IMG/VR virus record: IMGVR_UViG_3300030101_004641
Direction: 5' to 3' (one strand)
DNA from: an uncultured virus (IMG/VR IMGVR_UViG_3300030101_004641)
Taxonomy: Duplodnaviria; Heunggongvirae; Uroviricota; Caudoviricetes
Length of the DNA: 64,000 nt
The stretch's first letter is position 1; the number at the start of each line of letters is the position of its first letter. Under the pieces are notes generated by a model. The model saw nothing but the letters and a program-made list of their open reading frames with translations, did no database searches and had not been told where the DNA came from. A program made the position numbers and the translations under genes. Of this stretch, positions 1 to 9,459 are shown piece after piece.

Positions 1-278
1 ATTGCGTTTGAACTAGGAACGACTGCTCCTGAGATGATGTTGTTTCCATATAAGAAAGAACCAGCTACTGGTTCACGTATTCCGTCTATATCTACAGGAG
101 GAGCTGCTATGAACGCAATTATGAAGCATGTCGCAGCTGTAAGTAAACAGGGAATCATTAAAACACCAAACCAACCAACATAAAGTCTGTTGTCTGTTGA
201 TGTAACCCACTTACAGAAGGACTGCCAACCGCCTAACAACTCGGAATCATTCCGACGTTGTAGAACTGATGATGCCAT
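1..278 (-). CDS. psbA: Photosystem II D1 protein, 5' part (truncated by window edge)
   Basis: Manual translation [92 protein letters not shown]; not in ORF track. Confidence 0.99.
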   Translation of the reverse strand, partial: MASSVLQRRNDSELLGGWQSFCKWVTSTDNRLYVGWFGVLMIPCLLTAATCFIIAFIAAPPVDIDGIREPVAGSFLYGNNIISGAVVPSSNA

Positions 279-364
279 AATAGTCCGTTGTATTGAATAT
301 AAAAAAAGCCATCCGAGATGACTTAACATAACTATACAGTATAGATGTCTTGAACTCATGACAT

Positions 365-386
365 AAAAAAGAGGGTCTAACCCCTC
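365..386 (-). terminator. Rho-independent terminator downstream of the DUF4278 gene
   Basis: Minus strand GAGGG/CCCTC stem followed by T6. Confidence 0.6.
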
Positions 387-409
387 AGTTTTACAGTGTC
401 AATCAACGA

Positions 410-562
410 TTACACAGATGATTTTTCGTCTTTATTCTTGTTTTCGTAATGATAAACAGAACCACGATAGACATGTGTATTTCTACCAGGTACAAGGATT
501 AGTTTAGAATCATCCTGATCCTTTTTCTGATAAGCAATACCACGATAAGTTAATTTTTTCAT
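410..562 (-). CDS. DUF4278-family small protein (50 aa)
   Basis: MKKLTYRGIAY...HVYRGSVY, the duplicated YRG motif typical of cyanobacterial DUF4278; manual translation. Confidence 0.8.
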   Translation of the reverse strand: MKKLTYRGIAYQKKDQDDSKLILVPGRNTHVYRGSVYHYENKNKDEKSSV

Positions 563-601
563 AGGTTGCTACCTGTAGACAGTATGTAATATAGCACTTT
601 T

Positions 602-615
602 GTATCAATCGCTAC
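602..615. promoter_or_regulatory. NtcA-binding box (GTA-N8-TAC)
   Basis: GTATCAATCGCTAC, 8 nt upstream of a TATATT -10 box (588-593, minus strand) of the DUF4278 gene. Confidence 0.65.
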
Positions 616-866
616 CGTTTGTGAAGATACATTAAATCTTAAGAAAATATTAAGATATCTTATATATGAGAATATCCCTCCTGTTCAACCCTTTGCGTGG
701 TAAGAGGGATATCTATTTGAGGAGTCGCACCACCCCTGTCTCTTTGGCAATGCGATCGTTTGCTGAGTGTAAGAAACAGTAAAAATTACACTCTCCTCAA
801 GGGCTGACACTGTTCTTCTTCGCCCCTGTCCTATAATAATACCGATATGAATATTATCTACCCCTA

Positions 867-1097
867 GTGTCTACTATTTACAAACCAAAATGTATCGGTA
901 AGGTCGCTGTAGACTCTGGAGTTATATCTGTTGTTGATGCAACGCACATAAAAGTTGACAAAAGTGGATCTATTCATTTCCCTAGTTATAATTTGTATAC
1001 AGCTATAAATACAGAAATTGGTGATGGAGAGTACAAAATCTACGAATGCCGAGATGACACTGGAGGACTTCGAAAAATCATTATTGATATCCGATAA
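867..1097 (+). CDS. Hypothetical protein, DUF4241-like motifs
   Basis: GKVAVDSGVISVVD and GDGEYKIY motifs. Confidence 0.45.
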   Translation: MSTIYKPKCIGKVAVDSGVISVVDATHIKVDKSGSIHFPSYNLYTAINTEIGDGEYKIYECRDDTGGLRKIIIDIR

Positions 1098-1258
1098 GAC
1101 TGCTTATATGGATCCCAGAGAGGATTATCGTGAGTGGCTTAAATTAACTCTACGTGATCTTTTTGACAAAGCTTTAAATGGTGATAAAAAAGCTGCCAAT
1201 TTTGTAAAAATGTCAATTAACACTCTGATTTTATATTCAGCTGAAGAAAGAATAAAAA

Positions 1259-1831
1259 TTAATTTTGATCCTTGGATTTGGCCTTACATTGATCTCTTGG
1301 AAGAAGCGAAAAAGCATCAAAATATTGATTGTTCGCCATGCTCTGTAGAGGATTAGCTGGTGTTTTTGGTATAGCTATATAGTCATTCCAAATTTCATCA
1401 TTTGAATATGGTGGACGGTGCCAGAAATATATTTTAGCTTCTTTATCAACAGTCCACTCTGGATGCTTTCGTAACAACCAACCTACAGCTCTAAATTGTT
1501 TATCAGGCTCTGATGAAGTGTTATCAAGATACAGACAATCGCCTGGGTGTAAATTCCATCGAAGTGTCATAACTCCTCTCATACCTTCAATAAGAAATTT
1601 AGTTCCGGATTTACCTGTAAGTTTTTTTCTTACTGACTTTGCTCTTTTATTTTGTTTTCTGTAGTACCAGTCATTTACTTGTCTAGTAGATTTTCCCACG
1701 GCAAATCCGATGTGCCATAACCAAAAATTATTTTTCCACAGCTTTTGTGGGCGTAAGAAAACTTTACCTACTTGACCCTCGACAAAAAACTTATAGGTAG
1801 TAAACTTGCGACGAAGATGATAATTTTTCAT
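1259..1831 (-). CDS. Hypothetical protein
   Basis: 190-aa ORF; no family recognised. Confidence 0.55.
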   Translation of the reverse strand: MKNYHLRRKFTTYKFFVEGQVGKVFLRPQKLWKNNFWLWHIGFAVGKSTRQVNDWYYRKQNKRAKSVRKKLTGKSGTKFLIEGMRGVMTLRWNLHPGDCLYLDNTSSEPDKQFRAVGWLLRKHPEWTVDKEAKIYFWHRPPYSNDEIWNDYIAIPKTPANPLQSMANNQYFDAFSLLPRDQCKAKSKDQN

Positions 1832-2352
1832 ATGGAAGAATTAATTAAAATTATTCAGCAAGATCCTGAACTATGGGAGATAGTTGAAAATCTAAAACAC
1901 CCTGACCAAGAACCAGTGGAGTTTTTTGAAAGTGTTGCAAATATGTTTGCACTTGAGTTTGAAGAACTGCATAGAACAGATCTCCGAGATAAACTTGCCG
2001 GTTTATTTGGTGGCTTACCAAAAAAAGCATACATCATGGTTCCTTACATTTTACATATAGCTTTGGATATGTTCTTATTAAAAGCAAGTATGGATGAAAA
2101 ATCAATAAAGGATTATTAATGATGCAATTTGGATATGTTTTGTGTGACCCAAAAAGGTCAAAAATCCTAGTACTAACAAGAAGTAATGAAGTAAAATTTC
2201 TCTCCTTGAAAGATAAAGAGAATATAAACAAAGCTTTCTGTTTAAGGGATCAAACTTCCATAAAGTCTTTATATTTTAAATTAAAAGAAAATAATATAGT
2301 AAATGAACTTGATATAGTAAATATTCAAGAACTTTATAGATCCAACAAGTAA

Positions 2353-4188
2353 ATGTTAAGGTTCGTCTTTGACTGTGAAACAAACGGTCTTCTTCATGAA
2401 TTAGATACTGTTCATTCCTTAGTATTACGGGATATCGATTCTGGAGATGTGACAAGCTGTGCTGACCATGATGGTTACGAACCAATATGTAATGGCCTAT
2501 ACATGCTGTCTCAGGCGGATTTACTTGTAGGACATAACGTAATTAATTTTGATTTTAGGGCTTTAAAAAAAGTTTATAAATCATTTAAGTTAAAAAAAAA
2601 TTGCAAGATAAATGACACATTAATAGTCAGTAGAGTTCTTCATCCAGAATTAGAGCCTGTGGATGAAAAAAAATTTTCACATATACCATCAAAATATAAA
2701 GGAAAACACTCTTTAGCAGCTTGGGGAGAAAGATTAAATGTAAAAAAAATAAATTTTTTGGGGGATTCAGCATATGAAGAACGCTGGGATATCTGGTCAA
2801 ATGAAATGCAAAAATACTGTGAGGGAGATACATTAGTATCTTTAAAATTATTTGAGTATTTTGAAACACAATTTTTAGATCCAAGATGTTTTGATTTAGA
2901 ACATGAATTTGCAAGAATTATGGCAAGACAAGAATCATTTGGTTTCCCATTTGATGAGAAGAAAGCTTTTGCTCTAGTTAATGAATTAAAAAAACGAAGG
3001 GGTGAGATAGATGAAGATTTACAGCAAATATTCCCACCTATATCAGAAGAAAGATTTTCGGAAAAAACAGGCAAACAATTAAAAACTAAAGTAACTAAAT
3101 TTAATCCTGCCTCTAGACAGCAAACATCTCAAAGACTTAAATCAAAATATCCTCAAATTAGATTTGGTAAAACTGAAAAAGGTAATGTCAAATTAAATGA
3201 CGATGTATTAGATGTTCTTGGTAAAAAATATCCAGAGGCTGCTTTACTCGCAGAATATCAGTTATTAAATAAAAGATTAGGGCAAATATCGGAAGGTAAA
3301 GAAGCTTGGCTAAAGCATAGTCAGAGATATGGAGATGGAAGGATTCACGGATCCGTAATCACAAATGCTTGCGTATCAGGACGTTGTAGTCATAGAAATC
3401 CAAATATTGCTCAGATTCCACGAGTTGGTCAGCCTTATGGCTCAGAATGTAGATCTTTGTTTTATGCCCCTCACGGTTGGAGACAGGTGGGATGTGATGC
3501 CTCTGGTTTAGAATTAAGGGCACTTGGGGCTCAACTCGCTTACTTTGATGGAGGAGAGTATTCAAAATTAGTTAGTACCCCAGGGTTTGATATTCATACT
3601 CATAACGCCAAATTGTTTGGAATATATGATGGTCAAGGAAAAATAGAAAAACGGATAAGAGAATTAGCAAAAACACTAATTTACGCAGTTCTTTATGGTG
3701 GTGGTCCAAATCGTATCGGTTCAATACTTGATTCAAGTTTAAATCAAGAAGATCGACAAAATATAGGAAGAGAAACAATTGACACCTTTTATAAAAATTT
3801 ACCAGCGATAAAAAAACTAAGGGATAAAGTAGATGAGAAAGTTATGCAAAGAGGATATCTTATTGGTATTGATGGTAGACATTTACAAATTAGATCTAGA
3901 CATTCAGCTTTAAATCAGCTTTTACAATCAACAGGCAGCCTTTGTGTAAAAAAAGCTACATGCATTTTGTATAAAGATTTAAAAAATAACCACTTACGTT
4001 GGGGTATCCATTATGCATTCGTCGCTCATATACATGATGAGATACAAGCATTAGTGAAACCACAACATGTTAGCCTCTACAAGAAACTTGCAGTGGACTG
4101 TTTTCGAAAATCTGGAGAGTATTTTAATTTAAGATGTCCTTTAACAGGAGAAGTAAATGAAGGAAAAAATTGGATGGAGACACATTAA
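2353..4188 (+). CDS. polA: Family A DNA polymerase, T7/cyanopodovirus-like, with 3'-5' exonuclease
   Basis: ExoI FDCETNGL, ExoII GHNVINFD, motif A VGCDASGLELR, motif B RELAKTLIYAVLYG (Tyr at the E. coli 762-equivalent position), motif C HIHDEIQ. Confidence 0.97.
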   Translation: MLRFVFDCETNGLLHELDTVHSLVLRDIDSGDVTSCADHDGYEPICNGLYMLSQADLLVGHNVINFDFRALKKVYKSFKLKKNCKINDTLIVSRVLHPELEPVDEKKFSHIPSKYKGKHSLAAWGERLNVKKINFLGDSAYEERWDIWSNEMQKYCEGDTLVSLKLFEYFETQFLDPRCFDLEHEFARIMARQESFGFPFDEKKAFALVNELKKRRGEIDEDLQQIFPPISEERFSEKTGKQLKTKVTKFNPASRQQTSQRLKSKYPQIRFGKTEKGNVKLNDDVLDVLGKKYPEAALLAEYQLLNKRLGQISEGKEAWLKHSQRYGDGRIHGSVITNACVSGRCSHRNPNIAQIPRVGQPYGSECRSLFYAPHGWRQVGCDASGLELRALGAQLAYFDGGEYSKLVSTPGFDIHTHNAKLFGIYDGQGKIEKRIRELAKTLIYAVLYGGGPNRIGSILDSSLNQEDRQNIGRETIDTFYKNLPAIKKLRDKVDEKVMQRGYLIGIDGRHLQIRSRHSALNQLLQSTGSLCVKKATCILYKDLKNNHLRWGIHYAFVAHIHDEIQALVKPQHVSLYKKLAVDCFRKSGEYFNLRCPLTGEVNEGKNWMETH

Positions 4189-4319
4189 TTATTGTCACTT
4201 TTTATATCTTCAATTTTTAGCACTTCAACACATCTATCTATACAATCCCTGTCGTCACCTTGAATAGAGCAAGATGATATACATTCGAAATATAAATCAA
4301 TAGGATCTTTTGTTTGCAT
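4185..4319 (-). CDS. Small twin-Cx3C protein (44 aa) of picocyanobacterial type
   Basis: Manual translation MQTKDPIDLYFECISSCSIQGDDRDCIDRCVEVLKIEDIKSDNN. Confidence 0.65.
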   Translation of the reverse strand: MQTKDPIDLYFECISSCSIQGDDRDCIDRCVEVLKIEDIKSDNN

Positions 4320-4386
4320 ATCAACACTTTACTACCATGCACATTAAAAATACATTGAGTACAATTTCTTAAAACACAAATCAATT

Positions 4387-4752
4387 ATGTTTAACAAACT
4401 ACTTATGGCAGGTGCAGCTTGCTGTACTCTGTCGGCTCCTGCTTTCGCTGGGGTTTATTTAAATGCTGAATTTAATCAAACTAATCTTGGAAAAGAGTGG
4501 AATGGTAATGGTGTAGATTTACATGTCGGTTACGAAAGATCAGTGGGAGACAAAGGTTCTTTCTACGTTCAAGGTGGTCCTTATGTTTCTAATCCAAAAG
4601 ATGGTGACTCAGAGACAAAAGGCTCAGGTAAAATTGGTGGTGGCTACGATTTAGCTGATAACACTTATGTGTATGGTGAATTATCTGTTGTAACAAACGA
4701 TACATCAGATAAAACATGGGGCACAAAATTAGGGGTAAAATATAATTTTTAA
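4387..4752 (+). CDS. Small outer-membrane beta-barrel protein
   Basis: Signal peptide (SAPAFA), alternating beta strands, C-terminal GTKLGVKYNF with terminal Phe. Confidence 0.8.
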   Translation: MFNKLLMAGAACCTLSAPAFAGVYLNAEFNQTNLGKEWNGNGVDLHVGYERSVGDKGSFYVQGGPYVSNPKDGDSETKGSGKIGGGYDLADNTYVYGELSVVTNDTSDKTWGTKLGVKYNF

Positions 4753-4770
4753 ATAACACCCTAATTCTCA

Positions 4771-4803
4771 TAGGTCAGCTCATTTTTGGGCTGGCCTAAT
4801 TTC
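4771..4803 (+). terminator. Hairpin terminator after the beta-barrel gene
   Basis: TAGGTCAGCTCA-TTTT-TGGGCTGGCCTA 12-bp stem. Confidence 0.6.
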
Positions 4804-4816
4804 ACTACAAAAGTCT

Positions 4817-5032
4817 ATGTCTAACCAAGAAATACAAGAGTTGATTGATCAATCCATTGCAATAGCAATCAACAGGCATAATCGCAACGCTTCAATGATT
4901 AGTGCCACATTAGGATTTATATTTATGGGGGCTTTTGCAGACGGTCTATTTAGAGTTCTAGGAGTAATACCACCTTTTATGGATATAGACGTAAGTATAA
5001 TTACACAGCTTTCAGAAAAACTTTCGGTTTAA
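4817..5032 (+). CDS. Small membrane protein of picocyanobacterial/cyanophage type
   Basis: AINRHNRNASMIS followed by a hydrophobic helix. Confidence 0.6.
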   Translation: MSNQEIQELIDQSIAIAINRHNRNASMISATLGFIFMGAFADGLFRVLGVIPPFMDIDVSIITQLSEKLSV

Positions 5033-5379
5033 CCTTGTTTGTAATGATTTAGTACTCTTATTTTATCTTCAAGTGTGTAAGGACCAAATCCTTTTGTGCC
5101 ATATTGACGCATTATCGACCTATATACATCATCAGGTAGTCCTGCAGGATTATAAACTTTAGGATACCCAGCTATCTGCTCTCCTCCCATGAATTCAGTA
5201 GGTTTAATCTGTCCTCCCATGAATTCAGTAGTCTGATTTTCGTTTAAAAAATTATCTACTTTTTCTGTTGTAGACATTCTATTTAACATATTTTTCATCT
5301 CTTTTTCTTTACCCTGCTCTTTAATTATTTTTAAAAAATTCTGTATATCTCTTGTTTTATCATTTGTTGAGTTCATCAT
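5029..5379 (-). CDS. Hypothetical protein with internal TEFMGG duplication
   Basis: 20-nt direct repeat at 5182-5201 and 5212-5231. Confidence 0.6.
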   Translation of the reverse strand: MMNSTNDKTRDIQNFLKIIKEQGKEKEMKNMLNRMSTTEKVDNFLNENQTTEFMGGQIKPTEFMGGEQIAGYPKVYNPAGLPDDVYRSIMRQYGTKGFGPYTLEDKIRVLNHYKQG

Positions 5380-5615
5380 AATACTTAATAGAATAAAACA
5401 CTACCTTGTCATATTAGGATATCTAAGTATAGTAGAACCGCCAGAGTAAAGCTTATGCAAACTAAAGTACAATCCCAAGAAAAGTTAGATGACATGTCTA
5501 ACGAAGAGCTTTTAGAGTTACAAGACGGCTTTATGAAGCTAAGGCAGCATGCTGATAGTAATTTAGAACGAATTATAAAAATCATGCATGACCGTTTAGA
5601 AAACAATGCAAAATT

Positions 5616-6311
5616 ATGAATTTATTTATTTGCTGTGCTGTATACAAAGGTGATACAGCTAACGAGCGTGGTCTTAGAACCATGTCATTCCAAATTCCAG
5701 GAACTGGTAAAAAACAAACCCCAATTCCTATTTTTGTTTTACCTAGTTATGCAGCAGGTGAGACTACAAATGCAGGAGCATGGGCTGAGGGGACGAACAT
5801 TTTAATTAATGGTCGTCTTTATCCACATCAAGATGGAACCATGTACCTTGTCCCTAGTAAACCCTTAATTGGGGTTGATAAATCGGTAAGTGAAAATCAA
5901 GTAACACTAGCTGGTGGTGTCGGTTTTATTGGTAAACAACAAAGAGAAGATGCTTTTAACTTTGGAATGATGTGTCAGGCACCAAAACAAAAAATGATAG
6001 GCCATGATTGGCAAGATAGCTTAGGCTTTTTAATAGAAAGCTGGGGTAATGATGCCGAAAGAATGAAAAAATTCTTATTTGTAGGTCGTCAATTATCTTT
6101 AGGGGGTGTTCTTAAATTTGAAGCATGGAGAGACAAGGATGGTAATCCAAGAACAAACTATAAAGTCAAAATAAGATCTCAACAATATTCTTTCTTCGGT
6201 AAAAATCAAACTGAAGAAGACATTAAACAAAAACTTGATAAGAAGATTGCAGCTGAAAAATTACATGTTTCAGATAAGCAAGACCCTGTTGCCGAAGATG
6301 TACCATTTTGA
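5616..6311 (+). CDS. ssb: Single-stranded DNA-binding protein, probably tandem OB folds
   Basis: ESWGNDAERM..GRQLSLGGVLKFEAWRDKDG OB-fold pattern; acidic tail ending EDVPF. Confidence 0.75.
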   Translation: MNLFICCAVYKGDTANERGLRTMSFQIPGTGKKQTPIPIFVLPSYAAGETTNAGAWAEGTNILINGRLYPHQDGTMYLVPSKPLIGVDKSVSENQVTLAGGVGFIGKQQREDAFNFGMMCQAPKQKMIGHDWQDSLGFLIESWGNDAERMKKFLFVGRQLSLGGVLKFEAWRDKDGNPRTNYKVKIRSQQYSFFGKNQTEEDIKQKLDKKIAAEKLHVSDKQDPVAEDVPF

Positions 6312-6357
6312 TATGGTGTAATCGATGTCCTTAATGAAAACTTTACTTTTGTAAATT

Positions 6358-7296
6358 ATGACTGTATTAGATCGCTTTAAAGATACTGACAAGTATCCTC
6401 GTCGCTTAAGAGAAAAGTTTGCAACTTTTATTGGTTTAAGTGATGAAAAAGCTTTATTTTTAAAAAAAGAAGAAATGGATCGCTGTGGATGGCATGGTGA
6501 TGTAGATGATTTTCCTAATGCTTCTGAAGAAACATACGAGTTCCGTGATGGGACTGTTAAAGAAGGAATCATGTTTAGAACTCCTCGTTTAATTTTACTT
6601 CGTGGTGCTCAAAATACTGATCCAACCTTCTTAGAAAAAAATGAGGAAGGACTTGATGGTAGAAACAAAAGCACTATTATGGGATTCTATGAAGATGCTA
6701 AGTATCTCTGGGATAATTGGAAAACAGAAAATGCAGGTGGTTCTAAATCTTCTCCATACAAGGTTAGAAGAATTATGCTCGTCTATTTAGTTGATAAAAA
6801 TGGTAAAGCAGTGCATAGTAAACCTGTAGTTTTATCTCTTGGGGGTGGGGCACAAAAGAATTTTGTACAAAAATATTCACAATTCTTAGAGCAATTAGAA
6901 AGTTCTTATGCGAAAGCCACTGGAGATACAAACGCTGAGGGTTTCGGAGAAAAAATGTGTGCCTCAGTAATCTGGACACCAACATTTGGAGTCACAAAAT
7001 TTGGTGACTTTGGTGCAAAAGTACTATCACCAAATAAATGGTTAGAACCTACTCCAAAAACAATTACAAACTTCTGGCCGAAAAACGATGAAGACATTGA
7101 TAACTATGAAAACATCTACGAATGCTTTCCTGTAGAGGCATACGGAAAAAACTTCTTTAAACAGATGCAAGAAGAAGTAGGGATTAATGCATTAGCCCCT
7201 GGGGTTGATCTGAGTGCCGCTCCAGTGCTTCCAGCCGCTGATGATTTAGGTAAAAGAAATCAAGAAACTGGGGAACTGGTAGGTGGATTAACCTAA
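6358..7296 (+). CDS. DUF5895-like protein, possible ssDNA-binding/annealing factor
   Basis: GIMFRTPRLILLR and LVDKNGKAVHSKP motifs; position beside SSB. Confidence 0.45.
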   Translation: MTVLDRFKDTDKYPRRLREKFATFIGLSDEKALFLKKEEMDRCGWHGDVDDFPNASEETYEFRDGTVKEGIMFRTPRLILLRGAQNTDPTFLEKNEEGLDGRNKSTIMGFYEDAKYLWDNWKTENAGGSKSSPYKVRRIMLVYLVDKNGKAVHSKPVVLSLGGGAQKNFVQKYSQFLEQLESSYAKATGDTNAEGFGEKMCASVIWTPTFGVTKFGDFGAKVLSPNKWLEPTPKTITNFWPKNDEDIDNYENIYECFPVEAYGKNFFKQMQEEVGINALAPGVDLSAAPVLPAADDLGKRNQETGELVGGLT

Positions 7297-7444
7297 AATC
7301 ATTTAAAAATCTGACAAGGCGGATAGTTTTCTTGAAACTTTATCCGCTTTTTTTATGATTTTCTGTGCTTTTTCTCTATCTTTACAGAGAGTAGCTTTCT
7401 CCAAAATTTTTAGAAGTTTGGAAGTTTTTAATTCAATAGACAAT

Positions 7445-7696
7445 TTAACCCTTAAATCTTTGTATATGCATATTATCCTCTTTCTCAATATCAGTTAATC
7501 TTTTACATAATGCTCTTATCATTGCCTGTCGTTGCATCACAATGCTTACTAATTGTTTAGAAGCAATCTTTACATGTTCTATATCATCTAAGTCGTCTAT
7601 TTGATTTTTTATAACAGTAGCTGTAAATTCATCCTCTATTGTTGGTTCCATATCTAGAGGATCAATAGACAATTCAATTAAGTCAAAAGATGCCAT
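7445..7696 (-). CDS. nblA: NblA-like proteolysis adaptor (copy 1)
   Basis: EPTIEDEF...QI...K...L...RQA...LCK aligns by eye with the NblA pattern ELSLEQQF...QV...K...L...REA...LLK. Confidence 0.6.
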   Translation of the reverse strand: MASFDLIELSIDPLDMEPTIEDEFTATVIKNQIDDLDDIEHVKIASKQLVSIVMQRQAMIRALCKRLTDIEKEDNMHIQRFKG

Positions 7697-7781
7697 AAGT
7701 ATGAGGATTCTTTACTTATTCTACTCTAATTATTGACACTAACCGTACAAAGCTTACAATTTATCCAAAAGACTTTTTTAT

Positions 7782-8384
7782 ATGGCTGACGTTTCAACTT
7801 ATAATGATTTACTTGAAAGAGCTAAACAAATAGATGAATTATTACAATCACCCTCTTTGGATGAGTCTGAGAAAAAAGAATTAGAATATATTTGGAATGC
7901 TCTTAAATCAAGAGAGGAATCTAAATTTGATTCTATAATTAATCTTATTAAAGACTGTGATAAACAAATTACAAGTAGAGAAAAAGAAATAATAGAGCTT
8001 AAAAAAAATCAAGAATTTTGGAAAAATAAAAGAAAAAATATTATTAACATTATTAAGACTGCATATCAAAAAAAATTAATAAGTGCAATGCCTACTGGTA
8101 ATAAATATGAAGCAACAATAAAATCTGTTAAATCCAAACTTATAGATGATTTTGAGAATTGGACTAAGGAAGAAAAAAATAAATTTAGTCTGCATAAAAC
8201 CACTATGATTCAAAGATTGTTTAATGGGGATACAATTGATTGGAAAGAAGAGATGTTACCAGATAAAGAACAACTTAGAAAAGTAATGTCTGAAAATCCC
8301 ACTACTGCCCCAGCAAATTCTAAATTAATAAAAAGATTTTCATTGACATATAACTTAAGAAAAAGATTAAAAACTGGTATTTAA
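7782..8384 (+). CDS. Siphovirus Gp157-like coiled-coil protein
   Basis: KFDSIINLIK...KEIIELKK coiled coil; C-terminal PDKEQLRK motif. Confidence 0.55.
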   Translation: MADVSTYNDLLERAKQIDELLQSPSLDESEKKELEYIWNALKSREESKFDSIINLIKDCDKQITSREKEIIELKKNQEFWKNKRKNIINIIKTAYQKKLISAMPTGNKYEATIKSVKSKLIDDFENWTKEEKNKFSLHKTTMIQRLFNGDTIDWKEEMLPDKEQLRKVMSENPTTAPANSKLIKRFSLTYNLRKRLKTGI

Positions 8385-8849
8385 CTTGAATTTATATTAA
8401 GTGTGATTAAAATAAATAAAAAAATCATGACCAAAAAAGACAAACTAGACAAATTTATAGAGAATGCAGCTATGAGAGTAGAGGCTGCAGCTCTTGAAGA
8501 TATGATAAAAAAAAATAAAGATAATTTAAAAATAGGTTCTGTCGAAAATTACAAACTATTTGATAGATAATTTTCTCTAGATACAGGGCGTATATCCTAT
8601 ACATACCTACCTAAATAAAATGTCTGGTCAGAAGAAGTCCAAAACTTTTGGTGGTATCTCATTACCACTGGAATCTGTATTTCATGAAGAGTATGAGATT
8701 AAAAGTCTGAAACATGGTAATACAGGTCATGTCCTTTATAAATACCCAAATAGAACATATAACTGGGAAGAGTGTTGGACTAGTGATCTAGAAAATGCTA
8801 AAACAGGAGTAGAAAAGTTTTTACAGTATAAAAAGAAAAATTCTAAGTA

Positions 8850-9116
8850 ATGTTAACAGTATCAAGATCACTAATGAGCAATTTAATGGATGATTTAGCC
8901 AAAGGTATCTATAAGTATCTCTATGAATCATCAACCGAATTTCACGGAAACCATTTTGTCTTGGTTCCTATAACCGATGTTGTTAAAAAATTTCAAAGAA
9001 ATCATAGAACTATTCAAAGACGCATCGCAGTCTTAAAAGATGAGGGATTACTTGTGCCCATAATAAAGAGAAATACAATTACTCTTTATCAAATACTTAA
9101 TCAGGAGGAAGAATGA
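8850..9116 (+). CDS. Winged-helix DNA-binding protein
   Basis: ITDVVKKFQRNHRTIQRRIAVLKDEGLL HTH pattern. Confidence 0.65.
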   Translation: MLTVSRSLMSNLMDDLAKGIYKYLYESSTEFHGNHFVLVPITDVVKKFQRNHRTIQRRIAVLKDEGLLVPIIKRNTITLYQILNQEEE

Positions 9117-9459
9117 CTACAGGAAACAACCCCAAAAGAGATCCTTATATTGAACATCTTGATTTTTTACTTTCATCTTTTAGTGACAATGGTAAATCAT
9201 TAAGAGCATTTACTATAAATCCTCAAGAGTTAGCTATTACCATGCTTACTTCAGGTCTTTTAGCTAATTCAAAACTTATGATTAGCCCAGAAGATGCGAT
9301 TAAATCTGCATTTGATATACATAAAAGAATTCAATTTCATGTAGCTAACCATCAAAATATTCAATTCGCATCTAAAATTGAAAACTGTTTTAATGAAAGA
9401 CCACCAGAAGTAGAGCAAGATTAAGGGGCGGTATCCTCACAAAAGCTGACTATTTATTC

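Noticed and set aside
7745..7757. NtcA box upstream of nblA-like copy 1
   Set aside because: GTA-N7-TAC has the wrong spacing.
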